IMG/VR virus record: IMGVR_UViG_3300030118_006581
Location: 1-57,887 of that record
DNA: 57,887 nucleotides
DNA from: a virus
Lineage: Duplodnaviria > Caudoviricetes
Reading direction: 5' to 3' (one strand)
Shown: positions 19,801-28,860 of the stretch, in pieces
How positions within the stretch are numbered: position 1 is the first letter of the stretch
How the letters are laid out: every line of letters begins with the position of its first letter
Position numbers and translations under genes: made by a program
Notes under the pieces: generated by a model
Told to the model about the DNA's origin: nothing
What the model saw: only the letters and a program-made list of their open reading frames with translations
Database searches by the model: none

Positions 19801-22685
19801 TTAGCTAAGTCTCTTAACCAGTTGCATAGATTATTAATTTTATTAATCTTATCGCTGACTATATCTGCATACTGAGCTTCTATTTCCGGTATGTCAAAAT
19901 TTAATTCTAAAGGATTTGTATAACTCTCTCTTTGGTCGCAATATGCCTCAAGAGGAGAGCGAAATGGCAAATCACCAAACCTACCTTGATTTTCTATTGC
20001 ATCACCCAAGAGGACAAAGAAATCAATTATTTTGTTGTTTGAAAAATTTAAACTATTATAATCATTAGGGTCTATAGTTAAAAGATCAGGTGTCCCTGGA
20101 TTTGAAAAGGGAGATATATAATTCACAACGTGAATACTGGATACAGTCTCAAATATATGACTAATCAGTTCGTTACTAGCATCCCCATCTAGAAGTTGCT
20201 GCAATTCAACTGGAGTTGACATTTCTGAAACGTCCTCTAACAGATTTTGTATTTGTTCTAGTGTCGCTGGAGATGTTTGTCCCTCATTGTCAATATTAAA
20301 AAGATTTGCTAATCGGGCGATTTCTACTAAATCCACCTCTTCAACAAAGTTTCTCAGATCAGTAAAACCAAAATCCTGTTTTTTAAATGAATTTCTTAAA
20401 CCACTGGCTGGTCTTTTATTGCCTTCGGGTCCACAGCCAAGTAAGGCATTAACAACATCTTTTGCAACACCTGCTATGATGGACTTTATAAAGTTTTGAA
20501 GTATTGTCTCAATGGCTTTTTGGTACACTTTAGATTGTTTTGGCTTAAGTCCAATCATTTTTCTTTTCTTAAACTCGATTTTTATTGGTTGATCTAGAGT
20601 TTCTCTAACCAAAGAATTGACAACTGGAGGAGCGCCAATTGGATCTAAAAAATTATCCTCAATAAAATCACCTAAAACATCTAGAGAGCAAAATATTTGC
20701 TGATTGACAGCACGTTCAATCTCTTGTATTGCACGAGTAGGATTATCAGCATATCTAGCTGCATCAGAAATTCTTGCTTTAGTTGTTTCGTCCTCTATGA
20801 CCTCTTGTCGCAGTAAAATAATAGTTTCTCGTATTAGTGATCTAATTTTTGTTTTTCCTGTGGCAGCTTGCCAAAACCTTAAAGCATATTTGGCTGCCTT
20901 TGCTTGCCCTGTGTTACAATCAATACTACTCAAGGTTGAAGCCATTCGATAGCTTAACGGCCTATTTGAAAACAGTCTTTCATACTCAGACGGATCTACC
21001 CTGGAAAGCTCTGAAAGTTTTGTAAACAAGTTCTTTCTTTTTAGTCTCAGTCTTTCATTCTGTTCTCTTGTATTATTTGCACGCTTCGCCCTAATTGCAT
21101 CAATTCTTGAGGGCGGGTAAGAATACTTTGACAAAAAATCTAAAGCAGGCTCTCTTGTTGTTGGCGTTGTATTTCGTACTTCTGTGTATATCTCATAGCT
21201 ATTTTTCAGAAAAGAAAAACTAGTCGGCGTTAAAAGAGAAAAAGCATTAGCAATTCTAGCCTGCTCCTCATTGATATTAAGATAGGTTGTATTACCAGTT
21301 CCTTGATAATAGAAACTTCCGTTAATACAAATATGATCTAATAAATAATCCTTGGTAAAGAACATCTGGACGAAATCATCATCCTCTAGGGATATTTTGT
21401 TATACCCATAAAATAAAGACAATAAATCAAAGAATGATTCAAGACGGTCTACTTCCCTAGCAAGGTCAATTCCATTAAGAACCTGTGGCGTAAAACCATC
21501 ATCTAAAAGCTTTTCATTATATTCTCCCAATACACCTCGAACAGAAAACATATATCTCAGCATATCTTCGATCTGGAAAGTAACACTCCTCGTGGACTTG
21601 TTCTGGTCGCCGATTATCCTCTTTGCTTTTTGTAGAGTAGATAATTCATACTCCTCATAAGATGGTCTATTATTAGTTTCTGTAGAATCTGGGAGATTAT
21701 TAACATCGTTTGAATCTATCTGCAAACAATATATCCATCGAGATCCTGGTCGAAGATCTCTGTAGGATAACAGAGCAAATGTATCAGGAGTACCATATTT
21801 TGATAATAAATTTTGAAAGTTTGCTTCCGAGTTTTTTCCCGTGAGCTTTAATATTTCACGAATACTGGTTTCTACTGCATCATTATATCTTCCTCTTTGA
21901 CTTTCTGACAAACGAGCAAAGAAGCTAATCCTGGCGCTAGTAACTGGTTCTGCTCTTAAGAAGTTAAAAGCATAAGCAGCAGGTTCAGTGCGTCCAGTTC
22001 GTTTAACGTAGTAGAATTTTAAATCAACTGGGTTGTAATACACACGATCATTATCTTCTCCAGGAAGTCCATTTTTTCTCCAGTCGTATAAATCTACATT
22101 AGAGTCAGAACTTATATATGTTGTTACGCTTGGGCTCAAGTTCAGTAGATCAATACCAGCATTATCACTGTACTGGATATCTGGCAACCCTAGTGCATTT
22201 CTTAATTGATTTTTGTATTGCTTGGAGTGGGCGGAAGGAACTGCAATCAAATTTGCTATATCTTGATTAAGGTCTGGTCTATCGTTATCGTTTCTGTATT
22301 CTTCTTTATATGTCAACTCGGAAGTATTAGAAGAGTACTTCTCTAAAGAACCATTCTCTCTCAATTGTTCAACCACGCTTTGTAAAGCAGCTATAGAGTC
22401 GGTATCGCTGATTTCTTCTGCACTATTATTCACTACTCTGCCATTTTGAGGGTAAAGCGCAAAATATGCAAGCATATCGTCTGTAGTGATTGTCCTATCA
22501 CGATCTACTAACTCTTTGCCGATTTTGGGGAACTCATAGAAGAATAGATAACTTTCGTGAATAGCGTCAATGACAAACTTATTAGATTCATTCTCATAGT
22601 CGTAACCCAAGCCTCGCCTAGAGTCTGTATCAACAGTCTCAGCGTATGGGTTTATTATTCTTCGTTGCCTATCTGTTAGTGCCAT
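16863..22685 (-). CDS. Giant hypothetical protein (1940 aa), probably virion/baseplate hub region
   Basis: Long ORF between the spike-like genes and gp25; largely helical composition; no recognisable motif. Confidence 0.55.
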   Translation of the reverse strand: MALTDRQRRIINPYAETVDTDSRRGLGYDYENESNKFVIDAIHESYLFFYEFPKIGKELVDRDRTITTDDMLAYFALYPQNGRVVNNSAEEISDTDSIAALQSVVEQLRENGSLEKYSSNTSELTYKEEYRNDNDRPDLNQDIANLIAVPSAHSKQYKNQLRNALGLPDIQYSDNAGIDLLNLSPSVTTYISSDSNVDLYDWRKNGLPGEDNDRVYYNPVDLKFYYVKRTGRTEPAAYAFNFLRAEPVTSARISFFARLSESQRGRYNDAVETSIREILKLTGKNSEANFQNLLSKYGTPDTFALLSYRDLRPGSRWIYCLQIDSNDVNNLPDSTETNNRPSYEEYELSTLQKAKRIIGDQNKSTRSVTFQIEDMLRYMFSVRGVLGEYNEKLLDDGFTPQVLNGIDLAREVDRLESFFDLLSLFYGYNKISLEDDDFVQMFFTKDYLLDHICINGSFYYQGTGNTTYLNINEEQARIANAFSLLTPTSFSFLKNSYEIYTEVRNTTPTTREPALDFLSKYSYPPSRIDAIRAKRANNTREQNERLRLKRKNLFTKLSELSRVDPSEYERLFSNRPLSYRMASTLSSIDCNTGQAKAAKYALRFWQAATGKTKIRSLIRETIILLRQEVIEDETTKARISDAARYADNPTRAIQEIERAVNQQIFCSLDVLGDFIEDNFLDPIGAPPVVNSLVRETLDQPIKIEFKKRKMIGLKPKQSKVYQKAIETILQNFIKSIIAGVAKDVVNALLGCGPEGNKRPASGLRNSFKKQDFGFTDLRNFVEEVDLVEIARLANLFNIDNEGQTSPATLEQIQNLLEDVSEMSTPVELQQLLDGDASNELISHIFETVSSIHVVNYISPFSNPGTPDLLTIDPNDYNSLNFSNNKIIDFFVLLGDAIENQGRFGDLPFRSPLEAYCDQRESYTNPLELNFDIPEIEAQYADIVSDKINKINNLCNWLRDLANIKFQIERLIDSLPTMTWYDDLLEFIASISNSISESIAELFSDLFGKEQKRVQNYDYNVYNSKLGTEIYYQLGTKLRECSINQLYKSSNGDVFFMTPAGHGQRTTITVEVDGDGDVTLTGGQIGSRRNGWTSDVVYNYIWMTYALPGELPKLPLPQYRSPVTKPFDIYGIAYYSIVNAPSPLKKILNNAESQGTALLSPDSLRRVYQPLDNDGDPSTSEKTQLNKISNATYGYLKQQESFSPYVGYAGASNLYCSNPSKGDIRIVYWDADRQTPTVAYYNPAGLIHNERSVSSNTQTITENGDFQSVDYRIFNNLQIGDFTYRVDNNYKLFINDTLLPPLYSGGMFELYSNFSVGLPFENPTNEQLALRALDRDVDLTSMQNYRERIDTQIDNAVINDTGRRRMPRYVSAVAKLPLEKTDDICVTAEDTLRAESAIQVIQTRMISFFMNVMPLARVYPCWNSVGTVKLITDYLYKKITDELTAKEMIGPLYESIQYVKLVFPQDLEDNKFKNNPAISDDLSPSANVRNIIESMYVGILQNISRLSEYKSVNRSVFDPESPANIKQRYENTLVKFYRLLFNVDFARYGIEDAAQARAAQSIIGQFYNGNQITQLGLLAGAYYFPIAFQIASYMIYYDRGIKYANRYSDTQYRILVQNANADDNLLTAIKGELVTKFSTPFVGFPVSVRYYDGTQEVVYYSSDQVEERLRTLTEEISDSLLTDDRILRLRDLLFLTSVNSTVKFSPDEPSVPATLLDIFPDYFSPANLVGDDIDMGGGYEPIPQNLSDRISEELLTAVREKLIILNNLFYNPSTQYTNPGQGRTYTAREWYNIQRGDREELAQTVLRIELLLAQEIQGRTGLGRNGIDTIFPSDRMPSLYFDELANIFETFNLKEREQYERLRRQQAGEDITDISIDLLEFAQQPVLPDGAPDLYVERVVKSLSERFFRIYLPNLYRNYNVSLQGRLEEKSILETLINRNE

Positions 22686-22695
22686 ACCTGCTTAC

Positions 22696-23598
22696 CTAGT
22701 TTACATTATTAAATTTACTACGAAAATTGTACTTTGCAAACGGATTGATCTTACTATAGTTCATTTTATGAAAAGCAAAGTTTAACTCTTGCGTTTGTAA
22801 ATTGCCAAGTGATAGACTACACTTTCTCAATAATGGAAGTATGGCTGGTGCAGCCGGAGGTAAAAAGCCAAACATTAATGATCCTATCTGGGTTATCATC
22901 TCAACGGATGTTGAAACCTCCGAATGCAAATCATTAATCAACTCCAAAAGATTGTCCAAAACCTCCGCAAGATCATCACCTTTTACCATTGGCTGTAGAT
23001 CAGTATCATTATTCCCAGCAATTAAATCAATGCCTTGAATATTATCTCCAATAAACATACCAGCGGCACCGTTGTAAGCATCTGTGCTTGTTACTAACTT
23101 TATACCTTCTCTACCAATGATTCGCACAGAATCAGCTTTTATGGCAATTGCTGATCGGTTTGTCAGATTGCCAACTTTTCCTTTCGCTAATCCAAAATAT
23201 TCTTTAGAATCAATATCTGCCCTCTGGGAAATGTATATACGAGCAGAGTCAAGTTCAGTGCTTTTATTTGTTAATACTTTGCCCCCGTCATTGTCAACTT
23301 CTCGTGCAAGAATACCAGACAACCCAGCAATTATATCAATACACCCCACATTAGTGTTGGCTGACGCACCTTTACCACTTGACTCGCTCCCAGGACGATC
23401 ACGCCCTTGAATAATAATCGTGTTATGTTTGCCTTGAATAACATTTTCAGACTCTTTAATATTATAGCTTGGATTTGGACCCAGAATATCTGATTGATAA
23501 TAACCTGAATATTCTTGTGCTTCAAGCTTTGGAGAGTTCTCTTTTATTTCTTCTTTACCATTTGAAAGGAGCGCATCGGTTATTGTTTTTCCTAACAC
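22696..23598 (-). CDS. Putative baseplate spike / gp5 C-terminal-like protein (300 aa)
   Basis: Short beta-repeat segment SAIAIKADSVRIIGREGIKLV, then QPMVKGDDL and a helical tail, as in phage spike proteins; lies after the M23 gene. Confidence 0.5.
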   Translation of the reverse strand: MLGKTITDALLSNGKEEIKENSPKLEAQEYSGYYQSDILGPNPSYNIKESENVIQGKHNTIIIQGRDRPGSESSGKGASANTNVGCIDIIAGLSGILAREVDNDGGKVLTNKSTELDSARIYISQRADIDSKEYFGLAKGKVGNLTNRSAIAIKADSVRIIGREGIKLVTSTDAYNGAAGMFIGDNIQGIDLIAGNNDTDLQPMVKGDDLAEVLDNLLELINDLHSEVSTSVEMITQIGSLMFGFLPPAAPAILPLLRKCSLSLGNLQTQELNFAFHKMNYSKINPFAKYNFRSKFNNVN

Positions 23599-23599
23599 T

Positions 23600-24760
23600 T
23601 TAAGCCCCCTTTTTCTGGTAAAAATTATTACCTATAAAAAATGCCATTGGGTCTTTTTTATCGCCAGCAGCGAACGGCGTCGAAGAATTAGTAACATATT
23701 CAAAATGTAAGTGAGGTCCGCTACTTGTCCCTGAATTAGCCGAGAAACCTATTGGCTGACCTCTTTTTACTTTTTGCCCATTCTTAACAACTGGATATCT
23801 TAAATGACTCTGAAGGTGAGCGTAAAGGGTGAAGAAAGGCTTTGGTGTTCCTCCTTCTTTTGTACTGTAAGTTGTATGTTTTATAAATATATAATACCCG
23901 TAGCCTTTGGTCGGTCCACCCTTATTAGTTCGTAGAGTAACAACGCCATCCAAAGCGGCGAAGATAACTTCTCCAATAGGCGCAGTAAAATCTACACCGT
24001 AGTGCGGCTCTGTCCTTTTTCTAACAGGATGAAATCTCTCTAAATCAAAAGGAGACGTGACATTTATATTTCTAACTGGTGGTGCTGGTATTAAGAGCTT
24101 CTCTCCAGAGGGTGTTATTGTTGGCTCCTCTCCTACTGGTTCTACTTCCCCAAGTCGAAAAACCTTTTCACATGGATCTGGGAGTTGTTTCTCTTCGTCT
24201 GGGAGTATTGATCGACAAGCATCTCCTATATCAATATCCCACTTGCCAGTAAGATGCCCCTCAATACTTATAACTTTACCTGTTTCCATATGGCTAGAAA
24301 ACTGGGCCCGAGGATTATTAAACTGAACTGTCACTATGTCGCCAGGCTTTAACATTGGAGCGCCAGTTCCATACACATATTTAACCATAGGATAAAAACC
24401 TATAGCAGGGTCGTTTGATCTTTTCGCTTCTGGTATCCAATAATGTCGTGTATCACTTAAGACCATTACTCTGATCATTTGATACTCAACTCCTGCTTCC
24501 TCATTTTTAACCGTCTCGTAAAAAGACTTTATATTATCGTCTGTTCTTAAGACCAAAGCATGAACAAGAGTTAAGTTCAAAGCCCTATTAGGAGTATTAA
24601 CTTTTCTAATTAAACCCTTCAGGGTTCCCATCGGAGTTGAACGATCTAAATCCCACGCATTAGCGGCTAGATCAGTACCAGTAGACATTTCATTTTTAAG
24701 AAGCTGACGAACCTTATCGTCAAATACTGTTGGTTTAGCCGTCTTTTTAGGAGTGGTCAT
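23600..24760 (-). CDS. M23 peptidoglycan endopeptidase with N-terminal OB-fold-like region; probable tail-associated lysin
   Basis: M23 zinc motifs HYGVD (HxxxD) and GPHLHFE (HxH), plus YAHL and VKRGQPIG; N-terminal PGDIVTVQF resembles the gp5/Vgr OB-fold. Confidence 0.88.
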   Translation of the reverse strand: MTTPKKTAKPTVFDDKVRQLLKNEMSTGTDLAANAWDLDRSTPMGTLKGLIRKVNTPNRALNLTLVHALVLRTDDNIKSFYETVKNEEAGVEYQMIRVMVLSDTRHYWIPEAKRSNDPAIGFYPMVKYVYGTGAPMLKPGDIVTVQFNNPRAQFSSHMETGKVISIEGHLTGKWDIDIGDACRSILPDEEKQLPDPCEKVFRLGEVEPVGEEPTITPSGEKLLIPAPPVRNINVTSPFDLERFHPVRKRTEPHYGVDFTAPIGEVIFAALDGVVTLRTNKGGPTKGYGYYIFIKHTTYSTKEGGTPKPFFTLYAHLQSHLRYPVVKNGQKVKRGQPIGFSANSGTSSGPHLHFEYVTNSSTPFAAGDKKDPMAFFIGNNFYQKKGA

Positions 24761-24761
24761 T

Positions 24762-25052
24762 TCAATCCTCCTTTAAAATATCAAACAACTGATTCTTATC
24801 ATCGTCTGTAAGACCCGTTTGACCAGAGGACTGATCTTTCTTATAGACTAATGTGGCTAATTTTACTAATTGCTCATTGCTTCTTTGTAATGTTTCAACA
24901 AATTTAGCAGCGGTGGCACCAGAATCAGAGTATCTTTCTTTTGATACATTTAAATACTCCTTAAGATTATCTAGGAGTATCTCTGTTTCTTGTCTGTCCT
25001 TGTTTATATTTTCAAGGGCCTGTTCAATTAACGAGTTTAGATCTTTTTTCAT
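24762..25052 (-). CDS. Small coiled-coil hypothetical protein (96 aa)
   Basis: Clean ORF packed between neighbours; preceded by TACTTA-N4-ATG. Confidence 0.7.
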   Translation of the reverse strand: MKKDLNSLIEQALENINKDRQETEILLDNLKEYLNVSKERYSDSGATAAKFVETLQRSNEQLVKLATLVYKKDQSSGQTGLTDDDKNQLFDILKED

Positions 25053-25056
25053 ACAA

Positions 25057-25062
25057 TAAGTA
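25057..25062 (-). promoter_or_regulatory. Candidate late-promoter element TACTTA, 4 nt before ATG
   Basis: CC-TACTTA-TTGT-ATG. Confidence 0.55.
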
Positions 25063-25067
25063 GGATG

Positions 25068-25757
25068 CTAGCTAATTTCTCCGTCATTCCATTTTTTCTT
25101 GAAAGTACGATATCTTTCCCTCATCTTATTAAGAGCACTAACAATTTGTTTAGTATTGAGACCCGTTATCTCTCTCATATACAAATACACTGCTTTTTTG
25201 TTGAAAATTTCAATTTGTTCAATATTTTCCATAAGAGTCATCACAGCATTCAAAACCTTCTCTTCGTTAGGCTTGAGTTTTAATTTTTGCCAACTGCTGA
25301 TTTCTGTAAGGAGAGAGTTCCAAAATTGTTTCTCTTCAATCTCAGTTAATAAACTAGCATCGGATCCAGAAGATATTGCTTCTACTTCACGGACCATTTC
25401 GTCATAATTAACTTCACGTCGGTTTTTCTTTGTTTGTTTTTTTGCCTTGTGCGTAAACCAATTCTTGGTTACAACAGAGAAATATGAAAATGCTTTCTTC
25501 CCCTGGGAAGGGTCGAATTTTCCTAGGATAGTGGTAAGCCAAATTTTGCAATCATCTTTGTGATATTCAATATTCTCAAGGGAGGTAAACTTATAAGTAT
25601 AAACTATCTTATCTACCAATTCATCAAAAGCAGGCTGTATGTGCTGAATGTAAAGTTCTGATCTTTTTGACAAACTTTCTGTATTACAGTAGTCAACTAT
25701 GGCTTTCTCAGTTATCTCCGTAAAGTAATAATTATTTTTCTTCTTCTTTCTAGGCAT
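25068..25757 (-). CDS. Phage RNA polymerase sigma factor, sigma70 region-2 / T4 gp55-like (probable late sigma)
   Basis: NYYFT...AIVDY N-terminus and KFDPSQGKKAFSYFSVVTKNWF correspond to the region 2.3-2.4 pattern (FDP..G..F.Y) of sigma70/gp55 proteins; C-terminal HTH-like EITGLNTKQIVSALNKMR. Confidence 0.75.
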   Translation of the reverse strand: MPRKKKKNNYYFTEITEKAIVDYCNTESLSKRSELYIQHIQPAFDELVDKIVYTYKFTSLENIEYHKDDCKIWLTTILGKFDPSQGKKAFSYFSVVTKNWFTHKAKKQTKKNRREVNYDEMVREVEAISSGSDASLLTEIEEKQFWNSLLTEISSWQKLKLKPNEEKVLNAVMTLMENIEQIEIFNKKAVYLYMREITGLNTKQIVSALNKMRERYRTFKKKWNDGEIS

Positions 25758-26055
25758 TAGTATTCTCTAGCTCTGTTTCTGTAAGCTCCTGATTTGCTCT
25801 TATATAAAGTTGTATCTCATCAGCTAACTTACCTGTGTGTTCAAGTAAAGCTTCTAGGGTGGCATCACCATAAAAAATATCTCTACCATACACATCTGAT
25901 AAATGGTTTTCGTATTCAGCTACTGAATTAAATATCCCTCGGGCTTCTTCATTGGTCATCTCTAGATAGTTAAGAAGCTTTCGTGTATACCAAACAAAAA
26001 CAATATTAATAATCGCTGAGGATGTTAATAAAACTGATAGTAGTATAGTTGTCAT
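25750..26055 (-). CDS. Small protein with N-terminal transmembrane helix (101 aa)
   Basis: Hydrophobic ILLSVLLTSSAIINIVFVWY followed by RK; overlaps both neighbours. Confidence 0.7.
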   Translation of the reverse strand: MTTILLSVLLTSSAIINIVFVWYTRKLLNYLEMTNEEARGIFNSVAEYENHLSDVYGRDIFYGDATLEALLEHTGKLADEIQLYIRANQELTETELENTNA

Positions 26056-26315
26056 TTTTGTTTGTGAATTCTTTTCTTTTGTTTCTTTTTGTACTCTTCT
26101 AAAGTTTTTTTACCTTCTTCGATTGCTTTGTTAACTTCAGTTCCTGTTTTTTCCTTATCGACTGTAACCTTTTTTGTTACCTGTAAAACAGTTGATAAAT
26201 TTTTCCGTATGTCTTTAGAATTACACAACGGACACTCCACGTCTTTCTCTTTATACGAATGTCGGATATTAACCTGTTTGCCACACCCGAGACAATCATA
26301 AAGATATAGAGGCAT
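26052..26315 (-). CDS. FmdB-family zinc-ribbon protein
   Basis: MPLYLYDCLGCG...CPLCNS (MPxYxYxCxxC...CPxC). Confidence 0.85.
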   Translation of the reverse strand: MPLYLYDCLGCGKQVNIRHSYKEKDVECPLCNSKDIRKNLSTVLQVTKKVTVDKEKTGTEVNKAIEEGKKTLEEYKKKQKKRIHKQK

Positions 26316-26488
26316 TATTCAGTTTCAAAAACTTGAGTCTTTACAGTTGGTGGATTTGTTACTACAACTTCACCATTTTCAACTTCCAAGTTCCAGTCAG
26401 CTAACATCTCTGTTATATCTGTTTGTTCCGCCAAACACTTTTGAAGTGTCATCAATAGCGCTCCTACAGCTTGATTTGAAAACTTCAT
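26315..26488 (-). CDS. Small hypothetical protein (57 aa), not in the ORF track
   Basis: MKFSNQAVGALLMTLQKCLAEQTDITEMLADWNLEVENGEVVVTNPPTVKTQVFETE*; AAGGAG RBS; TAATG overlaps at both ends, filling the gap exactly. Confidence 0.85.
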   Translation of the reverse strand: MKFSNQAVGALLMTLQKCLAEQTDITEMLADWNLEVENGEVVVTNPPTVKTQVFETE

Positions 26489-27480
26489 TATTCTTCTCCT
26501 TTCATATTATTAACCTGATTAATGACATTATCCCAGCCGCCTGTGAATGGAACCGCCTTATCATCAATATAAGCAAAAGCTCTTGGTTTTTCAGCAGTAA
26601 CCTTTGACACATATTGTGCCATATCATGCTTTTTAAGCCATTCCCAGACTAGTTCAGAGCCAGTTCTTCCATTTACTAATCCTCGATCTGGTTTTGCCTT
26701 ACAGGTATAAATGATGACTGTATGATCTCTAGATAGTTTTTGCAGTGCTTCCTTGGAACCCTCAACTGGGTCATCGTAGATTGTGCCGTCATGATATCCC
26801 TTTGAGCATTTGTGGATTACCCCATCAAAGTCAATACCAATATTTACCTGCTCATCTGGATAACTGTGTTTTCTGACACTTGGACCTTTCCAATTAATTT
26901 TCTCTAAGTCGTCAGGGGAATTTTTACCGATCGGAGGGCACTCCTTGCCTGAACCATGAGTCAACTGGTATTGCAGTAGCAAAGTTAAAACTTCTGCTGT
27001 GTGGTAGTATTCGGCTCCAAGAACTACTTGGGCTAATCCTTTAATTTCTTCTTCAATAGGATTAGACGTTACCAAAGCTGTCCTTAATCCGTTATCCGAA
27101 GCCCATTGAAGTGCCTTGATTACATCTTTTGATTTCCCAGACGAAGATATCCCATATACTAGAGACTTTTTCATTTGAGATTTAGTCTTAGTGCAAGTTC
27201 TTTGTTGCAGCCAAGCAACCATCCATTGGTCAAAACTTGTATCGTTAATCAAGGAAGTTGCTACTACACAACTCCCAGGACACATAGCGTTCTTTGTCCC
27301 ATTGGATAGTCTTGTCATATCTACAGCGGTGTGATCAGCAACACCCATGTTTCCGCCGTGTCCAAGAACATAGATATCATCACATTCATTATAATATTCT
27401 TGTAACTGTCTCCATTCTTTTGAGCTTATAGTTTCGTAAAATTTACTCTCTAGATTTTCAATGTCAAGTGCTGAACTCAT
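26488..27480 (-). CDS. SIS-domain sugar-phosphate isomerase (GmhA-like) fused to a HAD phosphatase
   Basis: SIS motifs VLGHGGN and GISSSGKSKDVIKAL; C-terminal HAD motifs IDFDGVI and YIDDKA. Confidence 0.8.
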   Translation of the reverse strand: MSSALDIENLESKFYETISSKEWRQLQEYYNECDDIYVLGHGGNMGVADHTAVDMTRLSNGTKNAMCPGSCVVATSLINDTSFDQWMVAWLQQRTCTKTKSQMKKSLVYGISSSGKSKDVIKALQWASDNGLRTALVTSNPIEEEIKGLAQVVLGAEYYHTAEVLTLLLQYQLTHGSGKECPPIGKNSPDDLEKINWKGPSVRKHSYPDEQVNIGIDFDGVIHKCSKGYHDGTIYDDPVEGSKEALQKLSRDHTVIIYTCKAKPDRGLVNGRTGSELVWEWLKKHDMAQYVSKVTAEKPRAFAYIDDKAVPFTGGWDNVINQVNNMKGEE

Positions 27481-28160
27481 TTAATTCCTAGCTCCTTATA
27501 AAATTCTAAAAGTCCGGTTGTATCCATTCCTAATGCTATAATACCATAATCTGAATATTTCTTTAGATATTTTTTAACTTCTGTTGGAATATGGACTGCC
27601 ATCTTTTCTTTTGGTATTAATTTTTCCATTTTCTTAATTGCGTTTAGATACAAGTTTGAACCAAAATCTCCCGGTACTCCAAGACTAGCGGATAGATCAT
27701 AAGGTCCTATCATATAATAGTCAAAATTATGACTCATTATCTCCTCTAAATTATTTACGCCATCAATAGTTTCAATCTGAGCTATAACAGAAGGTGGTTC
27801 TGATATTAAAGGTGACAATCCCCATTTATTAGCCCTGGTTAAACCAAGCCCTCTACGTCCGCCGTGTTTTGGGAATTTGCAAGAATTCATTATTTTGTTA
27901 CACTGACGTGTATTTTCAACGGTAGAAAAAATTAAACCTGTCGCTCCTGCGTCCAGACACATCCTAATGCTTGATTTTGTTGGAACCATCAATCTAACAA
28001 AACATTTCCTATTCAATGAAGTTATAGTCTGAATACAATTATAAATTGTTTCATTGTTGTAGGATGCGTGCTCTGTATCTATAACAACACCGTCAACGCC
28101 AGTGTGGCATAAAATCTCTGATACAACTGGTGATGGTATTTGTTGCCAAGCTAATTTCAT
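27477..28160 (-). CDS. HpcH/HpaI-family class II pyruvate aldolase
   Basis: IDTEH, VR, LDAGATG, AQIET, IGPYDLSASLG motifs. Start placed at ATG 28160 (MKLAWQQ), just after the upstream stop. Confidence 0.88.
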   Translation of the reverse strand: MKLAWQQIPSPVVSEILCHTGVDGVVIDTEHASYNNETIYNCIQTITSLNRKCFVRLMVPTKSSIRMCLDAGATGLIFSTVENTRQCNKIMNSCKFPKHGGRRGLGLTRANKWGLSPLISEPPSVIAQIETIDGVNNLEEIMSHNFDYYMIGPYDLSASLGVPGDFGSNLYLNAIKKMEKLIPKEKMAVHIPTEVKKYLKKYSDYGIIALGMDTTGLLEFYKELGIK

Positions 28161-28164
28161 TATA

Positions 28165-28860
28165 TTATACTTTCCTGACAAATGCGCTCGGTGCGATATA
28201 ATTTAGGTTTTCTACTTGTACGTCTTTGTCTTTAAAAAATTTGTCTACACCTTGCGATTCTGACCAGTGATGAAAAGCATATTCATCGAACACTACAATA
28301 CCACCTCTAGACACCCTATCCCAAGCAGCCTCAAGAACGTCGTATGTTGGTTGTGCTAGATCAAGATCCAAATAGAGAAGAGATATCTTTAACCCAGGTT
28401 TATTCGAAATATATTCTGGCATTGTTTTAGAAATATCACCTGCAATTAACTCATAGTCGTGATCTTGAAACCCCGCTTCTTGAATAACATTTTCAAGATA
28501 ATTTTGATAGTTATGATCGTGACTAAAATTTCTTTTTTTAAAAAGCGTAGACATCGCTAATTTATCTTGCGATGATAAAGTTTCAATCAGACTATCTGTA
28601 TCAAAAAAATCAAATCCTAAAACTTTTTTCCCAGAGTTTGGATTAAGATATTTTTTCAATTTAAGAAAAGTTAAAATACCTGTTCCCTTGAAAACACCAC
28701 ACTCAACAATATCGCCAGGAATATCTTTAACTTCATTCATCAAAAGCGTTCTAGCTAAAAGCTTCCCAAAAACCTTTGTATCATCACTTAAGATAAACCC
28801 GTTGAAACTATCAAAAAGGGATTGGCTAGTTTTTACTATTTCTAAATCTTTTATTTCCAT
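28165..28860 (-). CDS. TylF/MycF/NovP-family sugar O-methyltransferase
   Basis: PGDIVECGVFKG, GFDFF, LYLDLDL, GGIVVFDEY. Confidence 0.87.
   Translation of the reverse strand: MEIKDLEIVKTSQSLFDSFNGFILSDDTKVFGKLLARTLLMNEVKDIPGDIVECGVFKGTGILTFLKLKKYLNPNSGKKVLGFDFFDTDSLIETLSSQDKLAMSTLFKKRNFSHDHNYQNYLENVIQEAGFQDHDYELIAGDISKTMPEYISNKPGLKISLLYLDLDLAQPTYDVLEAAWDRVSRGGIVVFDEYAFHHWSESQGVDKFFKDKDVQVENLNYIAPSAFVRKV

Noticed and set aside
9481-25752. TAG stop-codon reassignment, as in some large phages
   Set aside because: Genes are long and intact under the standard code; the TAG stops at 9507 and 22696 are followed by out-of-frame genes, so read-through would not fuse them.
25750-26055. Holin
   Set aside because: Single TM helix and no adjacent endolysin or spanin; not enough support.
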